The position numbers and the translations under genes are program-made. A model generated the notes under the pieces. That model was not told where the DNA came from, did not search any database, and worked only from the letters and a program-made list of their open reading frames with translations. A stretch of 60,131 nt of DNA from Cyanobacteria bacterium auto_48_18 (lineage in GTDB: Bacteria > Cyanobacteriota > Vampirovibrionia > Obscuribacterales > Obscuribacteraceae). The DNA lies in the NCBI GenBank assembly GCA_036170915.1, contig JAVHQC010000023.1, positions 1 to 60,131 on the forward strand, in the 5' to 3' direction. Of this stretch, positions 28,547 through 37,683 are shown piece by piece; position 1 is the stretch's first letter; each line of letters opens with the position of its first letter.

Positions 28547-29473
28547 CTAGCAAGTGCCCAAAATTCGCAGCAGCAGCGCTTCGAAAGCTTCTTTGTCAAT
28601 AGCGCTTGCTACCTGTACCTTTCGGCCTGAAAACAGTGATGGGCCGGTGCGGCCGATATTCTTGCCCGATGTTGAAACATCGAGTTTTACTTCTTTATAG
28701 GTAAACAAAGATGGGTCGATAGCGGCTGCGGCGGTGATTGTATCCCAGAAATAATAGTCAAAGCCTTTGACCAGACTCCAGAGTTTAAATGCCAAAGCCG
28801 ATGCACGAGAGTTTTCTGATTGCGCTTCTAAACGGCTAAGAAAATCTTTGGTTACTGGTAAATCGTTGGTCAAATCAAGGGTGATTAGTTTAATCGGAAT
28901 TTTGCTGTCGAGAATCTGTTTGAAAGCTGGGGCATCGGCATACACATTCCACTCAGCTGAGCCATCAGTACCTTCTTCTTCCACATTGCCTTTGCAATTT
29001 ATGGCGCCACCCATGATGATGAATTCAAGAATCTTTTCTTTCAATTCTGGTTGCGCCGTCAGTACCTTGGCCATGTTCGTCAGCGGACCTGTCACCACTA
29101 CAGTAAATGGCTCTTTTGTATTGGCAAGACAATCAGCGAACATTGATTCAATGGTGCGCGAGCGTCCGGCTTGATATTGTTTCTTTAAATAGTTGTCTCG
29201 GAAAAGCGGCAATTCATTGATGATATAGCTTTCCCGGCGCCAGTTTTCTGGAAACGGATTCGGCATGTCTTCTTCAGAATACGCAATTTCAGGACCATCA
29301 ATATCTAGATATGTCGCAATTTTTTGTGTTGCTTCATAAATTTGCGCAGCATAGCAGTCACCATTGGTGATACCAACCGCCTGAAGATCGATTTCTGGGC
29401 TGAGCCAGAGCAAAATGCAACTGAGCAAATCATCGACGTGACCGTCGTGATCGTGAATGATAGGTTTAGCCAT
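28547..29473 (-). CDS. Nucleoside hydrolase, purine-specific IAG-NH-like
   Basis: DHDGHVDD, TGPLTN, MGGA, DGSAEWN and YYFWD motifs. Confidence 0.9.
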   Translation of the reverse strand: MAKPIIHDHDGHVDDLLSCILLWLSPEIDLQAVGITNGDCYAAQIYEATQKIATYLDIDGPEIAYSEEDMPNPFPENWRRESYIINELPLFRDNYLKKQYQAGRSRTIESMFADCLANTKEPFTVVVTGPLTNMAKVLTAQPELKEKILEFIIMGGAINCKGNVEEEGTDGSAEWNVYADAPAFKQILDSKIPIKLITLDLTNDLPVTKDFLSRLEAQSENSRASALAFKLWSLVKGFDYYFWDTITAAAAIDPSLFTYKEVKLDVSTSGKNIGRTGPSLFSGRKVQVASAIDKEAFEALLLRILGTC

Positions 29474-29500
29474 AGACTCAGTTTACTGTCCTGACAAGTT

Positions 29501-29812
29501 TTATAAAATGCCCAGATCCATCTTGGCTTCTTCGCTTGCCATGGTCTTTGGATCCCAGCGAGGTATCCAAACCAGCTGTACGTTTACTTCTTGGGCCCAG
29601 GGCAGCTTTTTAGCGGCGGCGTGGCATTGGCCTTGAAGTACGGCACCCACGGGGCATCCCGGGCTGGTCAAGGTCATTTTGATTTTTACGTTGTTGTCTT
29701 CTACTTTTACTTCATAAATGAGGCCAAGATCGACAATATTGATACCAAGTTCCGGGTCAACAATCTGTCGCAGATTTTCCATCACCAGATCTTCTTGCAA
29801 GGATGTCATCAT
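29501..29812 (-). CDS. sufT: DUF59/SufT Fe-S maturation protein
   Basis: DPELGINIVDLGLIY, MTLTSPGCP and W.PRW motifs. Confidence 0.9.
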   Translation of the reverse strand: MMTSLQEDLVMENLRQIVDPELGINIVDLGLIYEVKVEDNNVKIKMTLTSPGCPVGAVLQGQCHAAAKKLPWAQEVNVQLVWIPRWDPKTMASEEAKMDLGIL

Positions 29813-29844
29813 AGAATTCGCCTCTTTCCTCTGTATCTTTAATA

Positions 29845-30297
29845 CTATTTTGCCTGTGCTTGCTGGGCGGTTTCGATGCCTTCAAGCAGTGTGTTCCACG
29901 GCAAAAGGGCACACTTTATGCGCACGGGATATTTTTTCACTCCCCGCAAAGCTTCCAATTCTTCCAACTCATCTTCAAAAATTGTTTCGTCTTCTTTGGT
30001 GAGCATCATGGTTTTGAATTCTTCAATGATTTCCCGGGCGCGTTCAACGCTCTGACCAAGAATGGCTTCCGACATCATTGAGCCAGATGCTGTATTAATT
30101 GAACACCCGTGGGCAGTAAGTTTGACGTCTTCAATCAAACCAGCCGCAGTCAATTTCAAATAAAGGGTAAGTTCGTCGCCGCAGAGTGGATTGACACCTT
30201 CCACTGTGGCACTGGCGTTTTCTATGCTGCCGTTGTTGCGCGGATTATGATAATGATCCAGGATTGTTTCCCGGTATAAATCATCTGCAAGCGACAT
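29845..30297 (-). CDS. sufU: SUF system sulfur-transfer protein SufU
   Basis: LYRETILDHY, NPLCGD, GCSI and RIKCALLPW motifs with the SufU-type insertion. Confidence 0.95.
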   Translation of the reverse strand: MSLADDLYRETILDHYHNPRNNGSIENASATVEGVNPLCGDELTLYLKLTAAGLIEDVKLTAHGCSINTASGSMMSEAILGQSVERAREIIEEFKTMMLTKEDETIFEDELEELEALRGVKKYPVRIKCALLPWNTLLEGIETAQQAQAK

Positions 30298-31531
30298 GTC
30301 CCATTACCTTTTCTGCTTCCTTAAGCGCCGCCAAGAGCAAGTCGACCTCTTCAAGGGTGTTGTAAATGTAGAAGCTGGCGCGGGCAGTGCCCATCACCTT
30401 TAAGTCTTTCATCAGAGGCTGGCAGCAGTGGTGCCCGGCGCGAATAGCCACACCGTTATCGCTAAGAATCTGGCCAAGATCGTGGGGATGCAAGCCGTTG
30501 ATGTTGAAAGAAACTACGCCACCACGCTTGGTGGCATCAAGTGGACCATAAATAACAATGTCTTTGATTTCTGAAAGTTTTTCAATGGCATAGCGAGTGA
30601 TTTCAATTTCGTGGGCACGTACGTTATCCATGCCAACTTTGTTCAAGTAATCAACGGCCACGCCGCTGGCAATCACATCGGCCACGTTGGGTGTGCCGGC
30701 TTCGAACTTCCATGGAAGTTCGTTAAACCTGGTCTTATCGCGATGCACAGAGCTAATCATGTCGCCGCCGAACATAAATGGTGGCATGGCTTCAAGCAAA
30801 GCTTTTTTGCCCCAGAGAATTCCCACTCCGGTTGGTCCTAACATTTTGTGCAGCGAGAATGCGTAAAAATCACATTCAAGATCGGCCACAGAAGTTTTTA
30901 AGTGCGGAACGCCCTGAGCGCCATCAACTAAAATAATGGCGTTATTTTTGTGAGCCAATTGAGCCAGCTCTTTGACCGGATTAATGGTGCCAAAAACATT
31001 AGACATTTGCGTAATGGCTACCAGCCTGGTTTTGGGGCCGATTAGCTTGGCCGCTGAGTCCATATTGACTTGACCGTCTTCAGTCAAATCTAGATAAACG
31101 AGTTTAGCTTCGCGTTCGGCGGCGAGCTGTTGCCATGGCACCAGGTTCGAGTGGTGCTCCATAGGTGACAAAACAATCTCGTCACCAGGCAACACATTTT
31201 GTTTACCCCAACTGTAGGCCACCAGATTGATAGCTTCTGTTGTATTCCGTGTGAAAATTATTTCGCAGGTCTCTTTGGCGCCGATAAACTGGCGCACTGT
31301 TTCTCTAACTGCTTCGTAGGCAGCTGTGGCTTCTTCTGAAAGGGTGTGAATGCCACGGTGCACGTTGGCATTGTATTGCTCGTAATAGTCGGTGATGCTC
31401 TTTATTACTTGAGAAGGTTTTTGTGATGTGGCGGCACTGTCGAGATAAACCAGACGCTTACCTTCAATCACACGGTCAAGAATGGGAAAGTCTTTGCGGA
31501 TTTTTTCTACGTCAAAATTACTACTGGTCAT
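30281..31531 (-). CDS. sufS: Cysteine desulfurase SufS
   Basis: YLDSAATSQKP, HKMLGPTG, FEAGTP and RAGHHC motifs. Confidence 0.97.
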   Translation of the reverse strand: MTSSNFDVEKIRKDFPILDRVIEGKRLVYLDSAATSQKPSQVIKSITDYYEQYNANVHRGIHTLSEEATAAYEAVRETVRQFIGAKETCEIIFTRNTTEAINLVAYSWGKQNVLPGDEIVLSPMEHHSNLVPWQQLAAEREAKLVYLDLTEDGQVNMDSAAKLIGPKTRLVAITQMSNVFGTINPVKELAQLAHKNNAIILVDGAQGVPHLKTSVADLECDFYAFSLHKMLGPTGVGILWGKKALLEAMPPFMFGGDMISSVHRDKTRFNELPWKFEAGTPNVADVIASGVAVDYLNKVGMDNVRAHEIEITRYAIEKLSEIKDIVIYGPLDATKRGGVVSFNINGLHPHDLGQILSDNGVAIRAGHHCCQPLMKDLKVMGTARASFYIYNTLEEVDLLLAALKEAEKVMGHVACR

Positions 31532-31542
31532 AAAATTCTCTT

Positions 31543-31848
31543 TTAAACACTGACAAAAATTTCGTTTGCTCTAACTTCTACTGCATAGGTGGGCACGTTA
31601 ACGACGGCTGGAAGGCAGAGCGCTTTGCCCGTTCTGACATCAAAGCGAGCACCATGGCGAGGGCATTCGATTTGACAGTCATCTAATTCGCCTTCGCCTA
31701 AAGGTCCGCCGTCATGGGTACAGATGTCGGCGATGGCGTAAAATTTGTCTTCTACATGACAAAGCGCAATGCGTACTTCGCCAACAGTGAATACTTTAGC
31801 CTTGCCTTCTTCAACGTCAGCTATTTGGGCAACTTTAACAAAACTCAT
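31543..31848 (-). CDS. Rieske [2Fe-2S] ferredoxin
   Basis: CTH and CPRHG ligands. Confidence 0.93.
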   Translation of the reverse strand: MSFVKVAQIADVEEGKAKVFTVGEVRIALCHVEDKFYAIADICTHDGGPLGEGELDDCQIECPRHGARFDVRTGKALCLPAVVNVPTYAVEVRANEIFVSV

Positions 31849-31869
31849 AGGACAAAACTCATAGGACAA
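31838..31869. repeat. 14-bp tandem duplication spanning the Rieske start codon
   Basis: ACAAAACTCATAGG at 31838-31851 and 31852-31865, plus ACAA. Confidence 0.9.
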
Positions 31870-31872
31870 GTC

Positions 31873-33225
31873 TCATTGATAGATTTTTTCCGCCACCAGA
31901 TCTCCGACCCAGTCTGCGGCTCCCTTGATCTCAATGCCGTCTAGAATTTGTACGAAGAATCCGCGAACGATCAATTCTTCTGCTTCTTTTACATTAAGAC
32001 CGCGGCAGTTGAGGTAGAACAATTGTTCTTTGTCTACTGGGCCGACAGTGGCTCCGTGAGAGCATTTAACGTCATCGGCAAGAATTTCCAAGCGCGGAAT
32101 CGAGTCAGCCCTGGCTTCGGTACCGAGCAAGAGATTTTTGTTTGACTGGAAAGCCGCTGTGCGCTGCGCAATCTTGTCGACTACAACTATGCCTTGATAA
32201 ACAGAAGAAGAAGTATCTTTTAGGGCAACTCTAAAGTTGATATTCGATGTGGTATCAGGACAGGTGTGCTTCTGAATGGTGTTGTATGAATAATGCTCAG
32301 CACCATCACCCAGAACAACGCCGCGAATGTCGCTAGCGGCGCCCTGTTCTACCATAACGGTTTCTATAACTGATTTGATTTGCTTGCCTCCGAGGCCAGC
32401 AGTGGTCAGGTTCAACACACCGTCACGGTGAAGGTGCGTGCGCACGCGGTTGACGGCAAAGACTTGCTTCGACAATTTGTCTACAGTCATCACTGTCACT
32501 TTTGCGCCTGCGCCGACGCTAATTTCGAAAATTGAGTTAGATAGAGTTGTGGCGTTATTGTCAGCATTGTCGCAAGCATCAGCGAAGATGCTCACGAGAG
32601 TAACCTGACTGTTGGCTTCAGTGGCGACAAAGACTCGTGGGAAAACGGCGTGATTGGTTTTGCCTACAGGCAAATTCACGGCGCTGACAAATGGTGCTTC
32701 AATCACTACATTTTTAGGCACGTACAAAAGCAATCCGCTATTAAACAGTGCTTTGTTCATCAAAGTAAACTTGTCATCAGCACTGCTGGCAGTGCTCTGT
32801 TCAAAGATTTTCTTTACCAATTCAGGATGTTTTTCGATAGCCTCAATCAGAGGCATGAAAATGACGCCCTGTTTAACGAGATCTTCACTGATACTCGAGA
32901 ATTGCGATTGGCTCACACCGTAATCGTCCACGAAAATTCCGGCCGGTGCGCCAAGCTTTTCCATGGCTGACTGCACGAGCTCCATGGTCGGAGTCTTAGA
33001 TGATTTATTAGCTAAAGGATCAGTGGTGATGAAAGTGGAAAGGTCGAGGTTATCGATTTCAGTCTTGCGCCAGTCATCGTCACGGGCCGTAGGCATGGGG
33101 TTTTGCAAATAAATTTCCCATGCCGCCAATCTTACATCTTTAAGCCAGGTTGGCTCGCCATTGCGCTGAGCCAGGTCGGCGACCCGTTCTTTCGCTATGG
33201 TGTTGGCTAACTTCGACTCCGCCAT
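31873..33225 (-). CDS. sufD: Fe-S cluster assembly protein SufD
   Basis: PRLEILADDVKCSHGATVG and LFYLNCRG motifs; position in operon. Confidence 0.93.
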   Translation of the reverse strand: MAESKLANTIAKERVADLAQRNGEPTWLKDVRLAAWEIYLQNPMPTARDDDWRKTEIDNLDLSTFITTDPLANKSSKTPTMELVQSAMEKLGAPAGIFVDDYGVSQSQFSSISEDLVKQGVIFMPLIEAIEKHPELVKKIFEQSTASSADDKFTLMNKALFNSGLLLYVPKNVVIEAPFVSAVNLPVGKTNHAVFPRVFVATEANSQVTLVSIFADACDNADNNATTLSNSIFEISVGAGAKVTVMTVDKLSKQVFAVNRVRTHLHRDGVLNLTTAGLGGKQIKSVIETVMVEQGAASDIRGVVLGDGAEHYSYNTIQKHTCPDTTSNINFRVALKDTSSSVYQGIVVVDKIAQRTAAFQSNKNLLLGTEARADSIPRLEILADDVKCSHGATVGPVDKEQLFYLNCRGLNVKEAEELIVRGFFVQILDGIEIKGAADWVGDLVAEKIYQ

Positions 33226-33261
33226 GACAATCATCTCCAATAATCCAATTTTCAATTAAAA

Positions 33262-34722
33262 CTAACCGACAGAACCTTCCATCTCCAGCTGAATCAGGCG
33301 GTTGAGCTCAACGGCATATTCAAGCGGCAATTCTTTGGTGAAAGGCTCGAAGAATCCGTTGACGATCATGGCTGTGGCTTCATCCTGGTTGAGGCCGCGG
33401 CTCATCAGGTAGAAGAGTTGCTCTTCGCCCACTTTTGAAACCGTTGCTTCATGCTCGATGTTGACGTCTTTTTCGTCAATTTCCATGGTCGGATATGTAT
33501 CTGATCTTGATTTGTCATCAAGCAAAAGCGCGTCGCATTTAACTGACGATTTAACGCCTGTAGCTTTCGGATAAACCTTGATCAAACCGCGATATGAAGT
33601 GCGTCCGCCATTTTTGCAAATTGATTTGGAGACGATCATTGATGTCGTATTTGGTGCGGCATGAATGATTTTAGCGCCGGCATCCTGGTGTTGATCTTCT
33701 CCGGCAAATGCGATGGAGAGCACTTCGCCGTGAGCGCGTTCGCCCACCAAATAAATGGCAGGATACTTCATGGTCAACTTCGAACCAAGGTTTCCGTCTA
33801 CCCATTCTACTTTGGCGTCTTCGTGCGCTACGGCCCGTTTTGTCACCAGGTTGTAGACATTTTTTGACCAGTTTTGAATGGTTGTATAACGAATGTGAGC
33901 GCCTGGTTTGGCAATCAATTCAACCACAGCAGAGTGCAGCGAATCGCTTGAATAAGTCGGGGCGGTACATCCTTCGATGTAGTGTACGTACGATCCGGGC
34001 TCGGCAATAATTAGCGTACGCTCGAACTGGCCCATGTTTTCAGCATTAATGCGGAAATATGCCTGCAAAGGAATTTCAATTTTGACGCCTGGTGGCACCC
34101 AAATAAAACTTCCCCCTGACCAGACGGCCGAGTTCAGAGCGGAGAACTTATTGTCGGCAGTGGGAATCACTGTGGCGAAATGTTCGCGCACGATGTCTTC
34201 ATGCAAGCGCAGACCTGAGTCCATGTCGAGGAAAAGCACGCCTTGCTTTTCAAGGTCTTCGCGAATGGAGTGATAAACAACTTCCGATTCATATTGCGCT
34301 GTAACGCCGGCCAAGAATTTACGCTCAGCTTCTGGAATGCCCAAGCGGTCGAATGTGTTTTTAATTCCTTCTGGAACATCATCCCAATCGGTTTCTTGTT
34401 TCTGTGAAGGCTTGATGTAATAGAAGATATTTTCAAAGTCGATGCCGTTGAGCAAATTGCAGTTGCCCCAGGTCGGCATGGGCTTTTTGTTGAAAATATC
34501 GAGCGCGCGCAAGCGGAATTTAAGCATCCACTCAGGCTCATTCTTCATGGACGAAATCTTTTCTACGATTTCACGAGTAAGCCCGCGACCCGATTTAAAA
34601 ATATAGTCTTCTTTATCGGAGAATCCATACTTATAATCGTTGCCGATCCCTTCAAGACCCGCATTTTTTGGAGTGTTTTCCGGCAACCCATTATTCAGGG
34701 CTGGTGCTAATTCTGCCGCCAT
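33262..34722 (-). CDS. sufB: Fe-S cluster assembly protein SufB
   Basis: [22 protein letters not shown] and EMEGSVG motifs; AAGGAGG before ATG 34722. Confidence 0.97.
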   Translation of the reverse strand: MAAELAPALNNGLPENTPKNAGLEGIGNDYKYGFSDKEDYIFKSGRGLTREIVEKISSMKNEPEWMLKFRLRALDIFNKKPMPTWGNCNLLNGIDFENIFYYIKPSQKQETDWDDVPEGIKNTFDRLGIPEAERKFLAGVTAQYESEVVYHSIREDLEKQGVLFLDMDSGLRLHEDIVREHFATVIPTADNKFSALNSAVWSGGSFIWVPPGVKIEIPLQAYFRINAENMGQFERTLIIAEPGSYVHYIEGCTAPTYSSDSLHSAVVELIAKPGAHIRYTTIQNWSKNVYNLVTKRAVAHEDAKVEWVDGNLGSKLTMKYPAIYLVGERAHGEVLSIAFAGEDQHQDAGAKIIHAAPNTTSMIVSKSICKNGGRTSYRGLIKVYPKATGVKSSVKCDALLLDDKSRSDTYPTMEIDEKDVNIEHEATVSKVGEEQLFYLMSRGLNQDEATAMIVNGFFEPFTKELPLEYAVELNRLIQLEMEGSVG

Positions 34723-34742
34723 ACGTGCCTCCTTGACCATAA

Positions 34743-35609
34743 TTACTTAGCGCCAACTGGTGTGGCGTTAGCTGTAGAATTTGAACTTGCTTTAGCCTGA
34801 GCGCTAGCACTCTCATCGACTGATTCTTGGGTAACCCATTCGTATCCGCGGTCTTCGAGTTCAAGGGCCAGTTCTTTACCGCCCGAAGCAACAATTTTTC
34901 CGTCCTGGAAAACGTGCACAAATTGTGGCTGAACATAGTTGAGCATGCGCTGATAGTGAGTGATTAGAAGCACTGCAGTATCAGTTTGGGCCATGGCGTT
35001 AACACCTTCTGAAACCGTTTTCAAAGCGTCGATATCGAGGCCAGAGTCGGTTTCATCGAGAATTGCCAGCGATGGTTTGAGCATTGAAAGTTGGAGAATC
35101 TCAAGACGCTTCTTTTCACCGCCGGAGAATCCGTCGTTGACGTAGCGCGAGAGAAACTCATCTTTGACGCCCAATTTGGCCATCAGAGCTTTGAGTTCAA
35201 GTCTGAACTCTTTCACTGGAATATCGCGGCCGCGCACAGCGTTGACTGTCTTACGCAAGAAATTGGAGACCGAAACACCAGGAATCGCTACAGGATATTG
35301 GAAAGCCAGAGCCATACCAAGTTTTGCTCGCTGGTCAGGGCTCATGTCAGCCACTTCCTGACCTTTGTAGAGCATCTTGCCCGAGGTCACTTTGTAGCGA
35401 GGGTGACCCATCAAAGCGTAAGACAGAGTCGACTTACCGGAGCCGTTGCGGCCCATGATGGCGTGAATTTCGCCGGCATTGATGGTCAGATTGACGCCTT
35501 TGAGAATCTCTTTGTCTTCGACTGCCACATGCAGGTCGACGATTTGGAGCAATGGAGCATTCTCAGAAGTGGTTTCTGATGCCGATTTATTGGTGTTCTT
35601 GGAAGTCAT
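34743..35609 (-). CDS. sufC: Fe-S cluster assembly ATPase SufC
   Basis: [17 protein letters not shown] and [12 protein letters not shown] motifs. Confidence 0.97.
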   Translation of the reverse strand: MTSKNTNKSASETTSENAPLLQIVDLHVAVEDKEILKGVNLTINAGEIHAIMGRNGSGKSTLSYALMGHPRYKVTSGKMLYKGQEVADMSPDQRAKLGMALAFQYPVAIPGVSVSNFLRKTVNAVRGRDIPVKEFRLELKALMAKLGVKDEFLSRYVNDGFSGGEKKRLEILQLSMLKPSLAILDETDSGLDIDALKTVSEGVNAMAQTDTAVLLITHYQRMLNYVQPQFVHVFQDGKIVASGGKELALELEDRGYEWVTQESVDESASAQAKASSNSTANATPVGAK

Positions 35610-36049
35610 CTTCCGGCTTGCCTCTTGTGGTTTCGGACTTTATATATAGGATTAAGTGTAAATGCTTATCTTGGGAACTTGCCTTAAAGCTTTCCAACGT
35701 TCGCAGCGGAGCACTTTATAGATAAAATAGTATCAAAAATAGACTATCTCTGCCCGGATATTAAGGATCCCTTTGTCAATAGCCCCATTGCTGGCCTTTA
35801 GCTTCCGGGTGGTCTTAATAATTGACGGCCAAAAAGTAGTCTATTAAAGACTGAATTCGCTCCCAGGCATTTTCCCTATAGTAGATTTGGCCAAGGTAGT
35901 TCAGAATGGGAAGAGAGATAAATGCCGTACCTGGCCAAAAACTGAAGCTGAGCATTTCTAGCGACAGTAATGAGCCAAAATGATAAAACCTGGTTCACCA
36001 AGACTTTTAACGCCATTTTTCATCGACAGTTAGAGTGAATTTGCAATAA

Positions 36050-36730
36050 ATGATCACAAAGCCACTGGGCGAGATACCTGAGAAAACCCAAGAAGCAATC
36101 GTCATGCACCTGAAAAGGCAAGGCGAATTGACGGTCGGCGACCTCTGCACTTTCCTCGGTATCACATCTATGGCTGTGCGCAGGCATCTGACCGGTCTGC
36201 AAAAAGACGGCTTAATCGAGTCACGTATCGAACGCCAGACTCGCGGTCGACCAACTTACAAATATAAATTGACCGATAAAGCCGAGTCGCTTTTTCCTTC
36301 AGGTGGATCAACGCTGGCAGTCGATCTGCTCGATGCCGTTTACGAACAGGCCGGACACAAAGGCGTAATGGATTTACTCACCATTCGCAATAAAAAGCGC
36401 ATCGAACGTTTGCGCACTCGCGTGGAAGGAAAAACTCTAGCCGCACGAGTAGAAGAAGTTGCAAGAATCTTTTCAGAAGACGGCTACATGACTGAGTGGG
36501 AAAGTTTGCCCGACGGCAATTTCATCATCTATCAACGCCACTGCGCCGTGCATGATTTAGCTAATCAGTTTCGTCAATTGTGTTTGATGGAACCGCAGAT
36601 GATGCAAGCATTACTCGATGTAAAAGTCACGCGTGAGAAATATATTCTACGCAACGATCCGCTCTGCGCCTATGTTGTACATTCAGGTGTTGCTCCTCCT
36701 GAACTCAGTGTTGAATTACCGTCAGAATAA
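36050..36730 (+). CDS. sufR: SufR-like Fe-S-sensing transcriptional regulator
   Basis: N-terminal HTH (AVRRHL..L..GRP); C-terminal HC..LC.ME..C ligands; divergent from sufC. Confidence 0.85.
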   Translation: MITKPLGEIPEKTQEAIVMHLKRQGELTVGDLCTFLGITSMAVRRHLTGLQKDGLIESRIERQTRGRPTYKYKLTDKAESLFPSGGSTLAVDLLDAVYEQAGHKGVMDLLTIRNKKRIERLRTRVEGKTLAARVEEVARIFSEDGYMTEWESLPDGNFIIYQRHCAVHDLANQFRQLCLMEPQMMQALLDVKVTREKYILRNDPLCAYVVHSGVAPPELSVELPSE

Positions 36731-36737
36731 TTTTGTC

Positions 36738-37505
36738 CTAATGGCGCCGGGCGTTTTTTAGATCTATGTCACGAATAGGGCCGTGCTTGAGGCAGGCAAT
36801 TGAGAGCCAATCTGGCTCGTGCACTCTGCTTTGTAGGTAGCTTTCTAAATCAACTAGAAATCTTTTCCTTGATTCTGCATCGTTTTCATATGCCTGCTGT
36901 TCAATGCGAATAAAACGATTGCCGGGAATATTTTCAATCAATTGCCCCATTTCAAGCTCAAACAGTGCGCTTGATAGAAGTGTGACTTTTAGTTTCGATT
37001 GGTCCATAAGAGTGTCGAATGTAATTGATGTTTCGCTAATCAGTCCATATACGGACAGTGCATTTTGTGAAAGGTCTGGTGGCAGATGTTTATCTACTAC
37101 AGTACTTTTGATTTGTGGATTGAGTGGTAGATGAATTTCAATCACGCTTCTTGTTTTTTGCACAATCAATCGTGCGGATCTTTCGTTGACTGAGGCGAGT
37201 GTGGAAAGTTGATGTGCCGTTAGAAGCAATCCCAATTCTGAAAAATAAATTGCTGCATACCAAGCAAGTGGCCTTTTCATTCCTTTAAAGAGTGTACTTT
37301 CGAAAAAATGGGTTTCCTTATTGCAGCTGCGGCAAACAAGATACATGACCCCAAACTGTCTTTCTAAATTGTTATTTGATCCACATCGCAGGCATTTCAA
37401 TAGCCCCAGACCGTCGGCTAGTTTTGCGATTTTTTCAGTGCAATGGGCTGATGTTGGAAATTTGTTTTTAAACAATGCAAAGTAATCATCTAATCGAGAA
37501 TTCAT
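36738..37505 (-). CDS. IS1595-transposase-like zinc ribbon/HTH fused to a DprA-type winged helix; no DDE domain seen
   Basis: FPT..C, CLRCG..CRSC, TLFKGMKRPLAWYAAIY and SARLIVQKTR; then LSQNALSVY..FDTL..SALFELEMGQLIENIPGNRF. Confidence 0.65.
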   Translation of the reverse strand: MNSRLDDYFALFKNKFPTSAHCTEKIAKLADGLGLLKCLRCGSNNNLERQFGVMYLVCRSCNKETHFFESTLFKGMKRPLAWYAAIYFSELGLLLTAHQLSTLASVNERSARLIVQKTRSVIEIHLPLNPQIKSTVVDKHLPPDLSQNALSVYGLISETSITFDTLMDQSKLKVTLLSSALFELEMGQLIENIPGNRFIRIEQQAYENDAESRKRFLVDLESYLQSRVHEPDWLSIACLKHGPIRDIDLKNARRH

Positions 37506-37610
37506 GAATCGTGGCCTCGCTTACCCTTAATAAGGTAAACGTATTTACTTCGTCAAAAGTTCAATGATTCGAGAAAAAATTCGATTCGGTCCGTCGCCCC
37601 TGCGAAAATC

Positions 37611-37633
37611 TACCTCCGGAGGTAAATTTCCAG
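37611..37633. repeat. Second copy of the TACCTCCGGAGGTA palindrome with CTGGAAA flank (inverted relative to 2203-2226)
   Basis: Reverse complement CTGGAAATTTACCTCCGGAGGTA versus CTGGAAAAAATACCTCCGGAGGTA at 2203. Confidence 0.85.
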
Positions 37634-37683
37634 CAGACGTTCCAACCATCTTCGCTGGGATTTGCGACAGCAACAAGCCGAAA

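Noticed and set aside
36738..37633. Intact IS1595-family insertion sequence
   Set aside because: No DDE domain, terminal inverted repeats or target duplication could be identified.
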